From positions 1,248,001 to 1,312,000 of the forward strand of contig CAXXKM010000003.1 in NCBI GenBank assembly GCA_963664435.2: DNA of 64,000 nt, in the 5' to 3' direction. Of this stretch, positions 48,399 to 59,308 are shown one piece after another. The notes below the pieces were generated by a model, which ran no database searches, had not been told where the DNA came from, and worked only from the letters and a program-made list of their open reading frames with translations. The position numbers and the translations under genes were made by a program. Positions within the stretch are counted from its first letter, which is position 1, and every line of letters starts with the position of its first letter. This stretch comes from Longimicrobiales bacterium (lineage in GTDB: Bacteria > Gemmatimonadota > Gemmatimonadetes > Longimicrobiales > Gaopeijiaceae).

Positions 48399-49880
48399 AT
48401 GACCCGCCTGCTGAGCCTCCCCACCCGCATCCGCGCCCTGTTTTCGCCCGGAATGCTTCTCCCCGCCGCCTGGTCGGCCGGCCTGTTGGCGGCGGGACCG
48501 CTCGCGTCCGGCCTTGCCGCGCAGGAAATCCTCATCAGCGGGGGCACGGTGGTCACCTCGGAGGGGCGGTTCGACGCGGACGTGCGGGTGCGGGACGGGA
48601 CCATCGTGGAGATCGGCAGCGGGCTGGCCGAGGGGGCGGGCGCACGCACGATCGACGCCACCGGGCTGCTCATCATGCCGGGCGGGGTGGACCCGCACGT
48701 CCACCTGGGCGGCAGCCGCCGCGACGACTACCGCACCGGGTCGCAGGCGGCCCTGGCGGGGGGCATCACCACTATCTCCAACTTCGCCTTCCCGGCCGAG
48801 GGGCGGACGCTCGCCCAGGCCGTCGAGCGCGAGGCGGCGCTCATCCGCGAACAGGCGATTGCGGACGTCATCCTGCACGCGGGCATCAACGACCCCGCCA
48901 CCCAGGAAGGCCAGGTGACCACCCTGGCCGCCGAAACCGGCCAGACCAGCACCAAGATCTTCATGGTGCGGGCCAACTTCGACGCCGAGGTGCGCGGCTA
49001 CATGGCGACCATGGACGCGGCGGGGCGCGCCGGCATCCTGACCATGGTGCACTGCGAGGACGGGCCCATCCTCGCGCGAGCGGTCGCCGAACTCACCGCC
49101 GCGGGACGCACCTCGCTCGAGTACTTTCCGGACAGCCGGCCCGTGGTCGGCGAGGTGGTGGCCACCCAGCGCGCGGTCGCCATGGCCGAGGCCACCGGGG
49201 CGCCCATCTACGCGGTCCACGTTTCCTCCGAAGGCGCGCTGCGGGTGCTGCAGGCTGCCCAGGATCGGGGGCTCAGCGTCTTCGTCGAGACCCGCCCCAT
49301 ATACCTCCATTTCACACGAGCGCGCTTCGCGGGCCCCGACCGCGGGCTCTACGTGGGGCAGCCGCCGCTTCGCGGGCAGCGCGATCAGGACGCGCTGTGG
49401 GCGGGCATCGCCAGCGGATCCGTGCACGTGCTCGGCACCGACCACGTCGCCTATCGGCGTGACGAGAAGATGGATCCGTCGCAGACCATCAGCCGGCACC
49501 GGGCCGGCCTGAACAACCTCCAGGTGGTGCGGCCCATGCTCTATTCCGAGGGCGTGGTCCAGGGACGCATCTCCGAGGAGCGCTTCGTGGCCGTAACCTC
49601 GACCAACGCCGCCAAGCTCTTCGGGCTCTATCCGCGCAAGGGCACGATCGCCGTGGGCTCGGATGCCGACATCGTCCTCTGGGATCCGGACGAGACGCGC
49701 ACCATACGCGACGAGGACATGTTCTCCGGGACCGGCTTCTCGGTGTACGCCGGGACGGAGGTCACGGGGTGGCCCGTGATGACGCTGCGCCGGGGCGAGG
49801 TCGTGTACGAGGGCGGAGAGATTCTGGCCGGGGCGGGCAGCGGGGAACTTCTGCGCCGCGGCAGATGGCAGGCGCCGTAG
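48399..49880 (+). CDS. Dihydropyrimidinase/hydantoinase-like amidohydrolase
   Basis: PGGVDPHVH, GGITT, VHCED, VHVS, PPLR, GTDH and KGTIAVGSDADIVLWDP. Confidence 0.88.
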   Translation: MTRLLSLPTRIRALFSPGMLLPAAWSAGLLAAGPLASGLAAQEILISGGTVVTSEGRFDADVRVRDGTIVEIGSGLAEGAGARTIDATGLLIMPGGVDPHVHLGGSRRDDYRTGSQAALAGGITTISNFAFPAEGRTLAQAVEREAALIREQAIADVILHAGINDPATQEGQVTTLAAETGQTSTKIFMVRANFDAEVRGYMATMDAAGRAGILTMVHCEDGPILARAVAELTAAGRTSLEYFPDSRPVVGEVVATQRAVAMAEATGAPIYAVHVSSEGALRVLQAAQDRGLSVFVETRPIYLHFTRARFAGPDRGLYVGQPPLRGQRDQDALWAGIASGSVHVLGTDHVAYRRDEKMDPSQTISRHRAGLNNLQVVRPMLYSEGVVQGRISEERFVAVTSTNAAKLFGLYPRKGTIAVGSDADIVLWDPDETRTIRDEDMFSGTGFSVYAGTEVTGWPVMTLRRGEVVYEGGEILAGAGSGELLRRGRWQAP

Positions 49881-49883
49881 CTT

Positions 49884-50111
49884 CTACTGGACGCCGGGGG
49901 TGCGGAGCGGCGAGTCCGGACGCATCGTCAGCCCTTCGAGCAGTCCCTCGATCCGGGAAACCCGCGCCTCGATTCGCGATACCCGCTCGGACAAATCGTC
50001 GATCCGGATGGACAACCGCTCAACATCGTGCCGAAGCGAAAGCATCAAGGTCAGAAGCATCACCGCCAGACCCGTGAATCCGCCGATCATCGTCCACTGG
50101 TTTCGGTCCAA
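49884..50111 (-). CDS. Small membrane-anchored coiled-coil protein
   Basis: One TM segment followed by heptad repeats (RVSRIEARVSRIEG). Confidence 0.6.
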   Translation of the reverse strand: MDRNQWTMIGGFTGLAVMLLTLMLSLRHDVERLSIRIDDLSERVSRIEARVSRIEGLLEGLTMRPDSPLRTPGVQ

Positions 50112-50297
50112 GAACGCGCTCCCGGGCTGCAGGTGAGATTAACCCTAGCCCAGGCGCCCAGCCGAGGGCAATGGTGAAATCGGTCATCTGGTGGTGAAAT
50201 CAGAGACGCCCCTCCGATTCGCGCCGCTGGCTCGGCGTCACTCCCCGCCGTATCATCGTGGTTCCCGCAACGACCCGATCCACAGGAGGTTCGACCC

Positions 50298-50948
50298 ATG
50301 CCCAAGGGAATACTCGCGTCGACCATCGCCGTCTTTCTGATCGCCGTCGGCGCCTGCGCCCAGTCCGGCGATGAGGCCGCACAGGAGGCTGCGGAAGCCG
50401 GAGAGGACACTCAGGAGTCCGCTCAGACCGGCATGGTGCGGGTCGTCATTTCCACCGAGTTCGGCGACATCGAGGTGGACATCGACACCGAGAACGCGCC
50501 CGGCACCTCCGCCAACTTCCTGCGCTACGTGGACGCCGGCCACTATGATGGCGGCCAGTTCCATCGCACGGTCACGATGGACAACCAGCCCAACGACACC
50601 GTCCGCATCGAGGTGATTCAGGCGAGCGTGAACGAGGAGTTCGGCGAGCAGGGCTTCGATCCGATCCCCATGGAGCGCACCTCGGTCACCGGGCTGCGCC
50701 ACGTCGACGGCGCCATCTCGATGGCGCGCGGACAACCCGACAGCGCCACCTCCAGCTTCTTCTTCTGCATCAACGATCAGCCGTCGCTGGACTTCGGCGG
50801 CAACCGCAACCCCGACCTCCAGGGATTCGCGGCGTTCGGACAGGTGGTGAGCGGAATGGACGTGGTGCGCGCGATCCAGATGCAGCCCTATGAGGAACAG
50901 GCTCTTACGCCGCCCGTGAGGATCACATCCGTGCGTCGGGACGACTGA
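50298..50948 (+). CDS. Cyclophilin-type peptidyl-prolyl isomerase (lipoprotein)
   Basis: APGTSANFLRYV, FHR, GAISMAR, SATSSFF and FGQVVSGMDVV. Confidence 0.92.
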   Translation: MPKGILASTIAVFLIAVGACAQSGDEAAQEAAEAGEDTQESAQTGMVRVVISTEFGDIEVDIDTENAPGTSANFLRYVDAGHYDGGQFHRTVTMDNQPNDTVRIEVIQASVNEEFGEQGFDPIPMERTSVTGLRHVDGAISMARGQPDSATSSFFFCINDQPSLDFGGNRNPDLQGFAAFGQVVSGMDVVRAIQMQPYEEQALTPPVRITSVRRDD

Positions 50949-51032
50949 CGGGAGCGCTTGGGCGACGGCTCACTCCGTCCGCGGGAAGGCAGCAGGCGGC
51001 GAGCCGTTCCGGCGCCCGGGTCCCACTACGCC

Positions 51033-52868
51033 CTACCCGTCCACGATCAGGCGGGTCGTGACATCGATCGGGGTCCGCCCGGGCAACTGCACGGTCAGGA
51101 TCAGGTCGTACTCGCCGGGTTCGACCTCCGGGAGCGTAAGCTGGATGGCGCGGAAGACCGTGCCCAGCTGGTCCGGTCCGGCTTCCTCCCAGCTCAACTC
51201 GAGCGGTGCTTCCGGGGTGGTGAGGCGCAGAAACTGCGTCGCCCGTTCGAGCAGGCCCGGGTTCGCGTCCTGCATGGTGATGCCGACGATCGCGCTCTCG
51301 CCGGTCTGGAGCCCGTAGACCTCCCAGCCCGCCACGAACGCCTCTCCCGAGCGCACGCGGGTTGACCCCAGCACCCGGGGCAGCGCTTCGTCCAGGCTTT
51401 CCGGCAGATCGCCGTCCGGGTCGAGCAGCACCACGTCGGATATGGCCGCGAGCCCGAACGGCAGATCCTCCTGGCGCACCCCGCCTCGCACCCGCCAACC
51501 GCGGTCGTCGGCGTCTTCCAGGACCTCCAGGCCGAAGATGTAGCCGCCGTTGGGAACCCGTGCGGTGACCACGCCCTCGCGCGCGGTGCCACGCTGGTCG
51601 ACGACCCGCTCGCCTTCCGGAGTCAGCACGAACACCCCCGATTCCACGGCGCCGGCCCTCACGGGGGGCGGGGGCGGGGGGGCGGCAAAGGCCGCGAAGG
51701 GATCGGCCCCGGGAGCGGTTTCGCGCACCGTCGGCCGGGGAGCCTCCTCCGGCCGCGGGGGAGGCTGGTAGCCCGCCACCACCAGGAGGGAGTCGCCCCG
51801 GCGGAAGCGCGCCACCTGCGCGTCCATGGTGGTGATGATGGGCGCGTACCAGGCGGCGTATCCGGTCCACGGAGCCCGGTCCTCGATCTCCCATGCGCGT
51901 ACGGGGACTCCGGTCGGATCCTGCAGGAACGTTCCCGCGGGCATGAACTCGCGCCCGTGCGGATGGTGACGCCCGATGATGAAACGGTTGTCCTGCAGAA
52001 TGGCCGAGGGGGGCGCCGCCTTTCCGCGCTCCCATCCCACCTCGCCTCCGTAGCGGGCGACCAGCTCCTCCAGGTCCTTCTCCCAGGGGAGGTCGAAGGC
52101 GTTCTCCGCCGCTTCCCGGATGCGAATCAGCGTGCGGCGGGCGTACTGCTCCGCCTCGCGGTCGTTGCCCTCCACCAGGTAGAGGGGATCCGCGAGCAGC
52201 CAGAGTTGTTCGCGGAGCGCCGCCTGCTCCTCGGCATCCGCATCCTCGAAGAGCTCGCGCGCTTCCTCGTCCAGGAGATAGTCGAGCGCCAGCCATCGTT
52301 CCCGCTCCTCCTCGGGCATCCGCGGGATGGCGTCGCGGAAGACGGCTTCCGCTTCGATGCTCCTTCCCTGCGACTGAAGCAGGTACCCCTTGAGCGCCAG
52401 GCACCACCACTCGTCGTCGGGGTGGCAGCGCCCCGTCAGGGCTTCGGCCCGGAGAAACTCTCCCTGTTCCCGCAGGTAGTAGACGCGCTGTCCCAGCACC
52501 CACCTGTCGCGCGGGATGCGCGAAGCGATGCGGCCGAGCGTCCGGAGCATATCCATGCGCGCCATCTCGACCTCGAGCGGAGCGGGCTCCACCGGGGGCG
52601 CTTCCCCGTCCCCGTGCCGGAGGCAAAGCCGGCCGACGAGCGCATCGCACTGGCCTCCGAAACCGCTCCATTCAGGAGGAAGCCGCTGCTCCCGATGGCG
52701 CTCGAATTCCTTCTGTACCTGCTTCGCCTCCTCGAGCAGCGCGATCGAATCGGCTTCGGGGCTTGCCGCCTCTTCCTGGGCGGCGCGGGCCGGCAGCGGC
52801 GTGGCGAGGCAGATGAGGACGGCGGCAAGACCGATGCCTCTCGCGAGGCCGGTTGGGCACTGAGTCAT
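51033..52868 (-). CDS. Hypothetical exported protein
   Basis: Long ORF with GC-rich codon usage and a signal peptide; LWLLADPLYL...NDREAE segment. Confidence 0.7.
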   Translation of the reverse strand: MTQCPTGLARGIGLAAVLICLATPLPARAAQEEAASPEADSIALLEEAKQVQKEFERHREQRLPPEWSGFGGQCDALVGRLCLRHGDGEAPPVEPAPLEVEMARMDMLRTLGRIASRIPRDRWVLGQRVYYLREQGEFLRAEALTGRCHPDDEWWCLALKGYLLQSQGRSIEAEAVFRDAIPRMPEEERERWLALDYLLDEEARELFEDADAEEQAALREQLWLLADPLYLVEGNDREAEQYARRTLIRIREAAENAFDLPWEKDLEELVARYGGEVGWERGKAAPPSAILQDNRFIIGRHHPHGREFMPAGTFLQDPTGVPVRAWEIEDRAPWTGYAAWYAPIITTMDAQVARFRRGDSLLVVAGYQPPPRPEEAPRPTVRETAPGADPFAAFAAPPPPPPVRAGAVESGVFVLTPEGERVVDQRGTAREGVVTARVPNGGYIFGLEVLEDADDRGWRVRGGVRQEDLPFGLAAISDVVLLDPDGDLPESLDEALPRVLGSTRVRSGEAFVAGWEVYGLQTGESAIVGITMQDANPGLLERATQFLRLTTPEAPLELSWEEAGPDQLGTVFRAIQLTLPEVEPGEYDLILTVQLPGRTPIDVTTRLIVDG

Positions 52869-53148
52869 GGGCAATGGCTCTCCGGGAACGTGGCTGTCCC
52901 TTCCAGGACGCGCGGCCGGGACGAAAGGTTGACGGGACGTCCATTGTGCGGCGTATCGGATCGTCCTGTTACCCTGCGTGCGGGCCGCATGTTCGACCTG
53001 GGCGGCACAGCGCGCCAATTCTCATTCGGTGCGCGGCCGTGTGAAGGGGCCCATGGAGTATCGCCCTGGGCCTCGTGCATCGCCGCAGGCGGAGTTGCGG
53101 AGCTATACTCAGGATGTCGGTTCGCCCCCCCTCATCCCCGAGCCTCTC

Positions 53149-54375
53149 ATGATTTCGCTGGCCGCGCTTTCCCTGCTGCCCCTGCTGGCTGCGCCCCAGC
53201 AGCTGCCCGAACCCTTCGAGACCCCCTGGAACCGGGCCATCCCGAGCATCGTGGAGCGTCCGGAAGGGGCGACGCTCTCGGTTCCCGACGGCTTTCGCGT
53301 CAACGTCTTCGCCGAGGAGCTCACCGGCCCGCGGCGTCTTGCGCTGGCGCCCAACGGCGATGTCTTCGTGGCGGAGAGCCGCATCGGTGCGATCACGCTG
53401 CTGCGCGACGGCGACGGCGACGGCGTGGCCGAACACCGGGAGACCTTCGCCGGGGAACTGTTGCGGCCGTCCGGGATCGCCTTCCACGAAGGCTACCTGT
53501 ACGTGGGCAACAACGACGCGGTGGTGCGTTTTCGCTACACGCCGGGCCAGACCCGCGCTGAGGGCCCGCCCGAACACGTCGTCGATCTGCCGGTCAGCAG
53601 CGACGCCCTCGACTACGACACCGCCGAGCGCCTGGGCATCGACGTCAGCCGCACCATCGGTTTCAACCACTGGACCCGCAACGTGATCTTCGCCCCGGGC
53701 GGCGAGCGGATGTTCGTGGCCGTCGGCTCGGCCACCAACGCCATGCCGGGCTCGGACCCGCGCCGGGCCGCCATCAACGAGTACCGGCCGGACGGCTCGG
53801 GACATCGGGTGTTCGCGGGCGGGCTGCGCAATCCGGTTGCGCTCGCGTTCCATCCCGTCACCGGTGAACTCTGGACGGCGGTGCACGAGCGGGATCACCT
53901 GGGCGACGACCTGGCGCCGGACTACGTCACTTCGGTGGAGGAGGGCGGCTTCTACGGATGGCCGTACGCGTACATCGGACCCAACCCGGAGCCGATCCTG
54001 AACGGGGCACGGCCGGACCTGGTGGCGCAGACCCTCGTGCCCGACGTCCTGCTCCCGGCCCACGCGGCCCCGCTGGGGATGGTATTCCACACCGGGGAGG
54101 GGTTTCCCACGGAGTACCGCCACGACGCCTTCGTGGCGCTGCACGGATCCATCAACCGGCTCGATCTGAGGGGCTATTCGGTGGTGCGCATCCCATTCGA
54201 GGACGGACGCCCTTCCGGTCCGCCGGAGGACTTCCTGACCGGATTCATCGTCCGCGACGACGAAGAGACGGAAGTCTGGGGCCGCCCCGTGGACGTGCTG
54301 CAGGCGCCGGACGGCGCGCTGCTCGTCTCCGACGACGCGGGCAACCGCATTTTCCGCATCCGCTTCGCGGGATAG
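53149..54375 (+). CDS. Glucose/sorbosone dehydrogenase family (PQQ-dependent beta-propeller)
   Basis: VPDGFRVNVFA, NHWTRN, GGLRNPV, ERDHLGDD..PD, GFYGWP, ALHGS, GRPVDV and LLVSDD. Confidence 0.9.
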   Translation: MISLAALSLLPLLAAPQQLPEPFETPWNRAIPSIVERPEGATLSVPDGFRVNVFAEELTGPRRLALAPNGDVFVAESRIGAITLLRDGDGDGVAEHRETFAGELLRPSGIAFHEGYLYVGNNDAVVRFRYTPGQTRAEGPPEHVVDLPVSSDALDYDTAERLGIDVSRTIGFNHWTRNVIFAPGGERMFVAVGSATNAMPGSDPRRAAINEYRPDGSGHRVFAGGLRNPVALAFHPVTGELWTAVHERDHLGDDLAPDYVTSVEEGGFYGWPYAYIGPNPEPILNGARPDLVAQTLVPDVLLPAHAAPLGMVFHTGEGFPTEYRHDAFVALHGSINRLDLRGYSVVRIPFEDGRPSGPPEDFLTGFIVRDDEETEVWGRPVDVLQAPDGALLVSDDAGNRIFRIRFAG

Positions 54376-54378
54376 GAT

Positions 54379-55209
54379 TCAGGGCAGGCGCAGGGCCCGC
54401 GCCAGGGCCCGGCCGGCGCTGCCCCCGGCCTCCCGGTTCTCCGTGCGCCTTGGGCCCGCCCGCGCGATGGCTTCCCGCAGGCCGGCTCCGTCCACTCCCT
54501 TGCGGAGCATCCCCCCGCTCGCCACCGAAACCCGGCCCGACTCCTCGCTGACCACCACCACCACCGCGTCGGTCTCCTCGCTGAGCCCGATGGCCGCGCG
54601 ATGCCGGGTGCCCAGCGTCCGGTCCGGAACCGGTGCGCGATTGAGCGGCAGAATCGCCCCCGCCGCCTTGATGGTGTCGCCCGAGATGATCGCGGCCCCG
54701 TCGTGGAGGGGCGAATTGGGGGTGAAGATGGCGCCGAGGATCTCGCGGGAGACCCGCGCCTGCAGGCGGCTGCCGCTCTGGGCGTATTCGTCGAGCCCGA
54801 CCTCTCCCTCGACGGCGAGCAGCGCGCCGATCTTCATGTCCGAAAGGCGCTCGACCGCGCCCGCGATCTCCTCCACCACCTGGCTTTCCTCGAGCCGGCT
54901 GAACAGCTGCAGCATGCGCGCCTGACCCAGCCGGGCGAGGGTGGAGCGAATCTCCGGCTGGAAGACGACCAGCGCGGCGATGGCGCCGTACTGGAAGACC
55001 GCCTCCATGATCGACCGCATGAGGTCGAGTCCCAGCAGGCGCGCGAGGGCGTAGATGCCGGCGATCAGAAGCCCGCCCAGCAGGATCTGCATGGCCCGGG
55101 TGCGCTGGATGAACAGCAGGATGCGGTACAGCAGCGCGGCGACGATGAGGATCTCGAGGATATCGAGCCAGCCGGGCGCGAACAGCGCGAACAGGTCCCC
55201 GATGCTCAT
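54379..55209 (-). CDS. cdaA: Diadenylate cyclase CdaA/DacA
   Basis: 3 TM helices, VVFQPEIR, SPLHDGA, GTRHRAAIG and VSEESG. Confidence 0.95.
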   Translation of the reverse strand: MSIGDLFALFAPGWLDILEILIVAALLYRILLFIQRTRAMQILLGGLLIAGIYALARLLGLDLMRSIMEAVFQYGAIAALVVFQPEIRSTLARLGQARMLQLFSRLEESQVVEEIAGAVERLSDMKIGALLAVEGEVGLDEYAQSGSRLQARVSREILGAIFTPNSPLHDGAAIISGDTIKAAGAILPLNRAPVPDRTLGTRHRAAIGLSEETDAVVVVVSEESGRVSVASGGMLRKGVDGAGLREAIARAGPRRTENREAGGSAGRALARALRLP

Positions 55210-55273
55210 GTCGTCTCAGACGCGTAAGCGAACCAGGATTGCATTCGGGCGGGCGGGTGCCGCCTCCCGCCGG

Positions 55274-57352
55274 TCAAGGCGCGTTCGTGTGCGAGCCCCT
55301 CGTTCGGGCCGTGGGGCCGTCGACGCGCGCGGAGGAAACCGGAACGGCCTCCTCCGGCTCGCGGAGGGGATCCGGACTGCTCCCGGATACCGGCGCCGCC
55401 GCGCCGTCGCGCTGGTCGCCGGTTTCGGGCGGCTCGCTTCCGTTTTCCCCACCCGGAATCGGCGGCTCCTCGCGCGACATGGGCGGCAGCGGCTCCCCCT
55501 GGTCGAGCAGCTCGATTTCGCCGCGACCCAGGGTTTCGCGTTCGAGCAGCGCATCGGCGATGGTCTCGAGCAGGTCCTTGTGCTCCTCAAGCAGCACGCG
55601 GGCGCGATCGTGCGCGCTGTCCAGAAGCCGCTTTACCTCGCTGTCGACCAGCTCCGCGGTGTGTTCCGACACCTCGCGGCGCTGGACCAGCTCACGCCCC
55701 AGGAAGATCTCCTGTTCCGAGTCCCCGACCGCCATCAGGCCCACCCGCTCGGACATGCCGAAGCGGGTCACCATGCGGCGGGCCATGGTGGTGGCGCGCT
55801 CGATGTCGTTGCCGGCCCCCGTCGTCACTTTGGTCGGGCCGAAGCGCATCTCTTCGGCCACGCGTCCCCCGAACAGCATCACCAGCTGCCCTTCCAGCCA
55901 ATCCTTCGTGTAGGAGTGCCGGTCCTCCTCGGGCAGGCTCGCGGTTAGTCCGAGGGCGCGCCCGCGGGGGACGATCGTGACCTTGTGCACGGGGTCGAGG
56001 CCGGGGATGCGCAGCCCCAGCACGGCATGGCCCGCCTCGTGCCAGGCGGTCAGTACGCGCTCGGATTCGGTCAGCACCAGGCTCTTGCGCTCCGCCCCCA
56101 GCATGACCTTGTCCTTGGCCTTCTCGAAGTGGACCATGGCGACCCGGTCGGCGCCCTCGCGCGCGGCGACGAGGGCCGCCTCGTTGCAGACGTTGGCCAG
56201 ATCCGCGCCCGACAGTCCGGGGGTGCCCCGGGCGATGACGGACAGATCCACATCTTCGGCGAGCGGCAGCTTGCGCGCGTGAACGCCCAGGATGCCCTCC
56301 CGGCCCTTGATGTCCGGAGAGTCCACCACGACCTGCCGGTCGAAGCGGCCGGGGCGAAGCAGCGCGGGGTCGAGCACGTCCGGCCGGTTGGTGGCCGCCA
56401 GCAGGATCACTCCGTCGTTGGACTCGAAGCCGTCCATCTCCACCAGCAGCGCGTTCAGCGTCTGCTCGCGCTCGTCGTGTCCGCCGCCCAGGCCTGCGCC
56501 CCTGTGACGGCCCACCGCATCGATCTCGTCCACGAAGATGATGCAGGGCGCGTGCGACTTCCCCTGCTCGAAGAGATCGCGTACGCGCGAGGCGCCCACG
56601 CCCACGAACATCTCGACGAAATCGGAGCCCGACATCTGAAAGAAGGGACGCGCGGCCTCGCCCGCCACCGCCCGCGCCAGAAGCGTCTTGCCGGTGCCCG
56701 GGGGGCCCACAAGGAGCACGCCCTTGGGAAGACGGCCGCCGAGGCGCACGAAGCGCTGGGGATCCTTCAGAAACTCGATGACCTCCTGAAGCTCGTCCTT
56801 GGCCTCGTCCGCGCCCGCGACATCCTCGAACGTCACCTTGGGGGTATCGGGAGAGATGAGCTTGGCCTTGGAGCGGCCGAACTGGAAGGCCCGGTTGCCC
56901 CCACTCTGGAGGCTGCGCACGAACCAGATCCAGATGCCCGCCATGAGGATCCATGGGAGAAACGCGAACACCCGCTCCATGACCGGGACCCTCGCGGGCC
57001 TCGCCCGAATGACGACGTTGCGCGCCTGAAGCTCCTCGAGCAGCCCGTCCGTGACCTCGCCCGGAAGCATGGAGACGAAGCGGCTCATGTCTTCGCCGTC
57101 ACGGTTCACCGGGGTGCGCAGCTCGCCCTCGACGCTGCGCGAATCGACGATCGTCACCTCGCGAATGTTCCCGGACGCAAGCTGCTCGCGAAACTCGGTG
57201 TAGGTGAACTCGACGCCCGCGTTGCCGCCCGATCCGAAGAGCTGTATGAAGAGGAGCGGCACGAGCGCCAGCAGAATCCAGAACGAGGCGGTGCGCGAAA
57301 GCCGGGAGAACCTGCTGCCGGAATCGGGTCGGTTCTGTTCGGAATCAGACAT
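55274..57352 (-). CDS. ftsH: ATP-dependent zinc metalloprotease FtsH
   Basis: [24 protein letters not shown] and HEAGH. Confidence 0.98.
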   Translation of the reverse strand: MSDSEQNRPDSGSRFSRLSRTASFWILLALVPLLFIQLFGSGGNAGVEFTYTEFREQLASGNIREVTIVDSRSVEGELRTPVNRDGEDMSRFVSMLPGEVTDGLLEELQARNVVIRARPARVPVMERVFAFLPWILMAGIWIWFVRSLQSGGNRAFQFGRSKAKLISPDTPKVTFEDVAGADEAKDELQEVIEFLKDPQRFVRLGGRLPKGVLLVGPPGTGKTLLARAVAGEAARPFFQMSGSDFVEMFVGVGASRVRDLFEQGKSHAPCIIFVDEIDAVGRHRGAGLGGGHDEREQTLNALLVEMDGFESNDGVILLAATNRPDVLDPALLRPGRFDRQVVVDSPDIKGREGILGVHARKLPLAEDVDLSVIARGTPGLSGADLANVCNEAALVAAREGADRVAMVHFEKAKDKVMLGAERKSLVLTESERVLTAWHEAGHAVLGLRIPGLDPVHKVTIVPRGRALGLTASLPEEDRHSYTKDWLEGQLVMLFGGRVAEEMRFGPTKVTTGAGNDIERATTMARRMVTRFGMSERVGLMAVGDSEQEIFLGRELVQRREVSEHTAELVDSEVKRLLDSAHDRARVLLEEHKDLLETIADALLERETLGRGEIELLDQGEPLPPMSREEPPIPGGENGSEPPETGDQRDGAAAPVSGSSPDPLREPEEAVPVSSARVDGPTARTRGSHTNAP

Positions 57353-57387
57353 TATTCAGAGTACTCTGGGACCACCGGCCCATGCCC

Positions 57388-57939
57388 TCAGATGCTTGCG
57401 ATGTAGGGAAGATGCCGGAAGTTCTCGCTGTAATCGAGGCCGTAGCCCACCACGAACTCCGGAGGGGCGTCGAAGCCGACCCATCTGGGCTCATGCGCGA
57501 TGCCGTCCCGGCGCTTGTGAAGAAAGGTACACGATTCGAGGCTGGCCGGTCCGCGCGCCTGGATGATGGGCACCAGGGATGCCATGGTCTTGCCGCTGTC
57601 GATGATGTCGTCCACGAGGATGACATGGCGCCCCCCGAGCGAGACTTCCGGATCGTAGAGGAGCCGCACGTTCCCCGATGATACCATACCCGTCCCGTAG
57701 CTCGAAGTCACGATGAAGTCGACCTGCACGGGGTGATGGATGCAGCGCACCAGGTCGGCCAGGAACATGAACGAGCCCTTCAGCAGGCCAAGCACGAGCA
57801 GTTCCTCGCGCGGGTCGTAGCAGGCCGATATCTCGTCGCCCAGCTCCCGTACCCTGAGCGCAATCTGTTCGCGCGTGAAGATGATGCGGCGCACGCGGCC
57901 ACTGCCGGCGCGGCGGACAACGTCAGTCGGTGGCGACAT
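57388..57939 (-). CDS. hpt: Hypoxanthine phosphoribosyltransferase
   Basis: LLKGSFMFLADL, SSYG, LVDDIIDSGKT and FVVGYGLDY. Confidence 0.95.
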   Translation of the reverse strand: MSPPTDVVRRAGSGRVRRIIFTREQIALRVRELGDEISACYDPREELLVLGLLKGSFMFLADLVRCIHHPVQVDFIVTSSYGTGMVSSGNVRLLYDPEVSLGGRHVILVDDIIDSGKTMASLVPIIQARGPASLESCTFLHKRRDGIAHEPRWVGFDAPPEFVVGYGLDYSENFRHLPYIASI

Positions 57940-59308
57940 CGAGATCCACTCCCACGTAAAGGATTGCGTCGTGCGCCGCGGGCCGCGCCTCGACCGATCG
58001 CGCCACCCCCGGCACCCAGAGGATGCGCCCTCCCGAATCCGCCACCACCGGGCGGCGCGCGCGGGCCGGCCGCGGAACCCGCGCTTCCCCGAATACCTTC
58101 TTGAGCTTGCGGGTGCCGGCGGCGAGGCGAATCCGGTCTCCGGGCCGCCAGCCGCGAAAGAGGATGGGGAAGCGCAGCGCCGGGATGGAGAGCCCCTCTC
58201 CTCCCACGGGGCCTCGCGTCGACCAGCGGGCAAGGAAGGTGGCCCCTCCCGAACGGCCCTCGGCCGCGCCTTCGCCCGGGACCGGAACCGCCACGTAGCG
58301 GGCGTGGTCGGGGGCAGACGTCCCGTCGATGGCGGTGGCGGGGCGCGAGACGATCAGGCGCTCAAAGGCGCGGGACAGAACCACCCGGCCGGCCAGGTCG
58401 ATGGACCGCCCGCTCCGGCCGGAGCGGGCGAACGCCGAGGCCAGGTCGGTGGCGCGGGCATCCAGATGGGCGCCGGCCTCCGCCGCCAGCGTCCGGATCA
58501 GCCTGGCCCGCACCAGGGGATCGCACTGCAGGAACGCGTCGCGGCTGAAGGAGACGTCCTCTTCGGTGCGACGCACCACGAGACCCGCGAGCAGCGTCGG
58601 CATCACGGCGCGCCAGAGGCGGCGCTCCTCCCCCGCCAGGCGGGCCAGACGCAGGAGCGCCCGGCGGGCGCCCGGTGCGACGCGCTCCTCGGCGAGAGGC
58701 AGCAGCTCCCGGCGCACCACGTTGCGCGGGACGTCGGGCGACCGATTGCTGGGATCGGTCCGGTAGCGGAGGCGGGAGGCCGAGGCGTAGTGGGCGAGTT
58801 CCCGCTTCCAGAAGGGCAGCAGCGGCCGGTACAGTCCCGGCTCGCGGGTGCGGGGAATCCCGGCCAGGCCGGCGAGGCCGGTGCCCCGCAGCATCCGGTA
58901 GGCGACCGTTTCGGCCTGGTCGTCCGCGTGATGGGCGGTCACCACCCAGTCGCAGCCGGTTTCGCCGCGCGCCTCCTCCAGAAAGCGATAACGGGCCCGG
59001 CGCGCCTCCGTCTCGTTGGCGGGAGGACGGCCGACCGCGCGCGACACCAGCGGCACCTCCCACGCGTGCGCGAGCCCCTTGACCCAGTGGGCGTCGTCGG
59101 CGCTCCCGGGACGCATGCGGTGATCGAGGTGGGCGGCGTGCACCTCGAGCGGCGGGAGGCCCGGCGTGAAGCGCAGCAGGTGAAGCAGGACGGTGGAATC
59201 CGGGCCGCCCGAGAGCGACACCAGGACCCGCCCGCCACCGGTAATGACCCCGTCATCGGTCAGCGCCGCGCGGAAGCGGGCGGCCAGCGGCCGAGCCGGT
59301 CCGCTCAC
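57923..59308 (-). CDS. tilS: tRNA(Ile)-lysidine synthetase
   Basis: SLSGGPDS, HLDHRMR, ARRARY, AHHADDQAET, RPLL, DPSN and RNVVR; GTG start overlaps the upstream stop. Confidence 0.95.
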   Translation of the reverse strand: MSGPARPLAARFRAALTDDGVITGGGRVLVSLSGGPDSTVLLHLLRFTPGLPPLEVHAAHLDHRMRPGSADDAHWVKGLAHAWEVPLVSRAVGRPPANETEARRARYRFLEEARGETGCDWVVTAHHADDQAETVAYRMLRGTGLAGLAGIPRTREPGLYRPLLPFWKRELAHYASASRLRYRTDPSNRSPDVPRNVVRRELLPLAEERVAPGARRALLRLARLAGEERRLWRAVMPTLLAGLVVRRTEEDVSFSRDAFLQCDPLVRARLIRTLAAEAGAHLDARATDLASAFARSGRSGRSIDLAGRVVLSRAFERLIVSRPATAIDGTSAPDHARYVAVPVPGEGAAEGRSGGATFLARWSTRGPVGGEGLSIPALRFPILFRGWRPGDRIRLAAGTRKLKKVFGEARVPRPARARRPVVADSGGRILWVPGVARSVEARPAAHDAILYVGVDLDVATD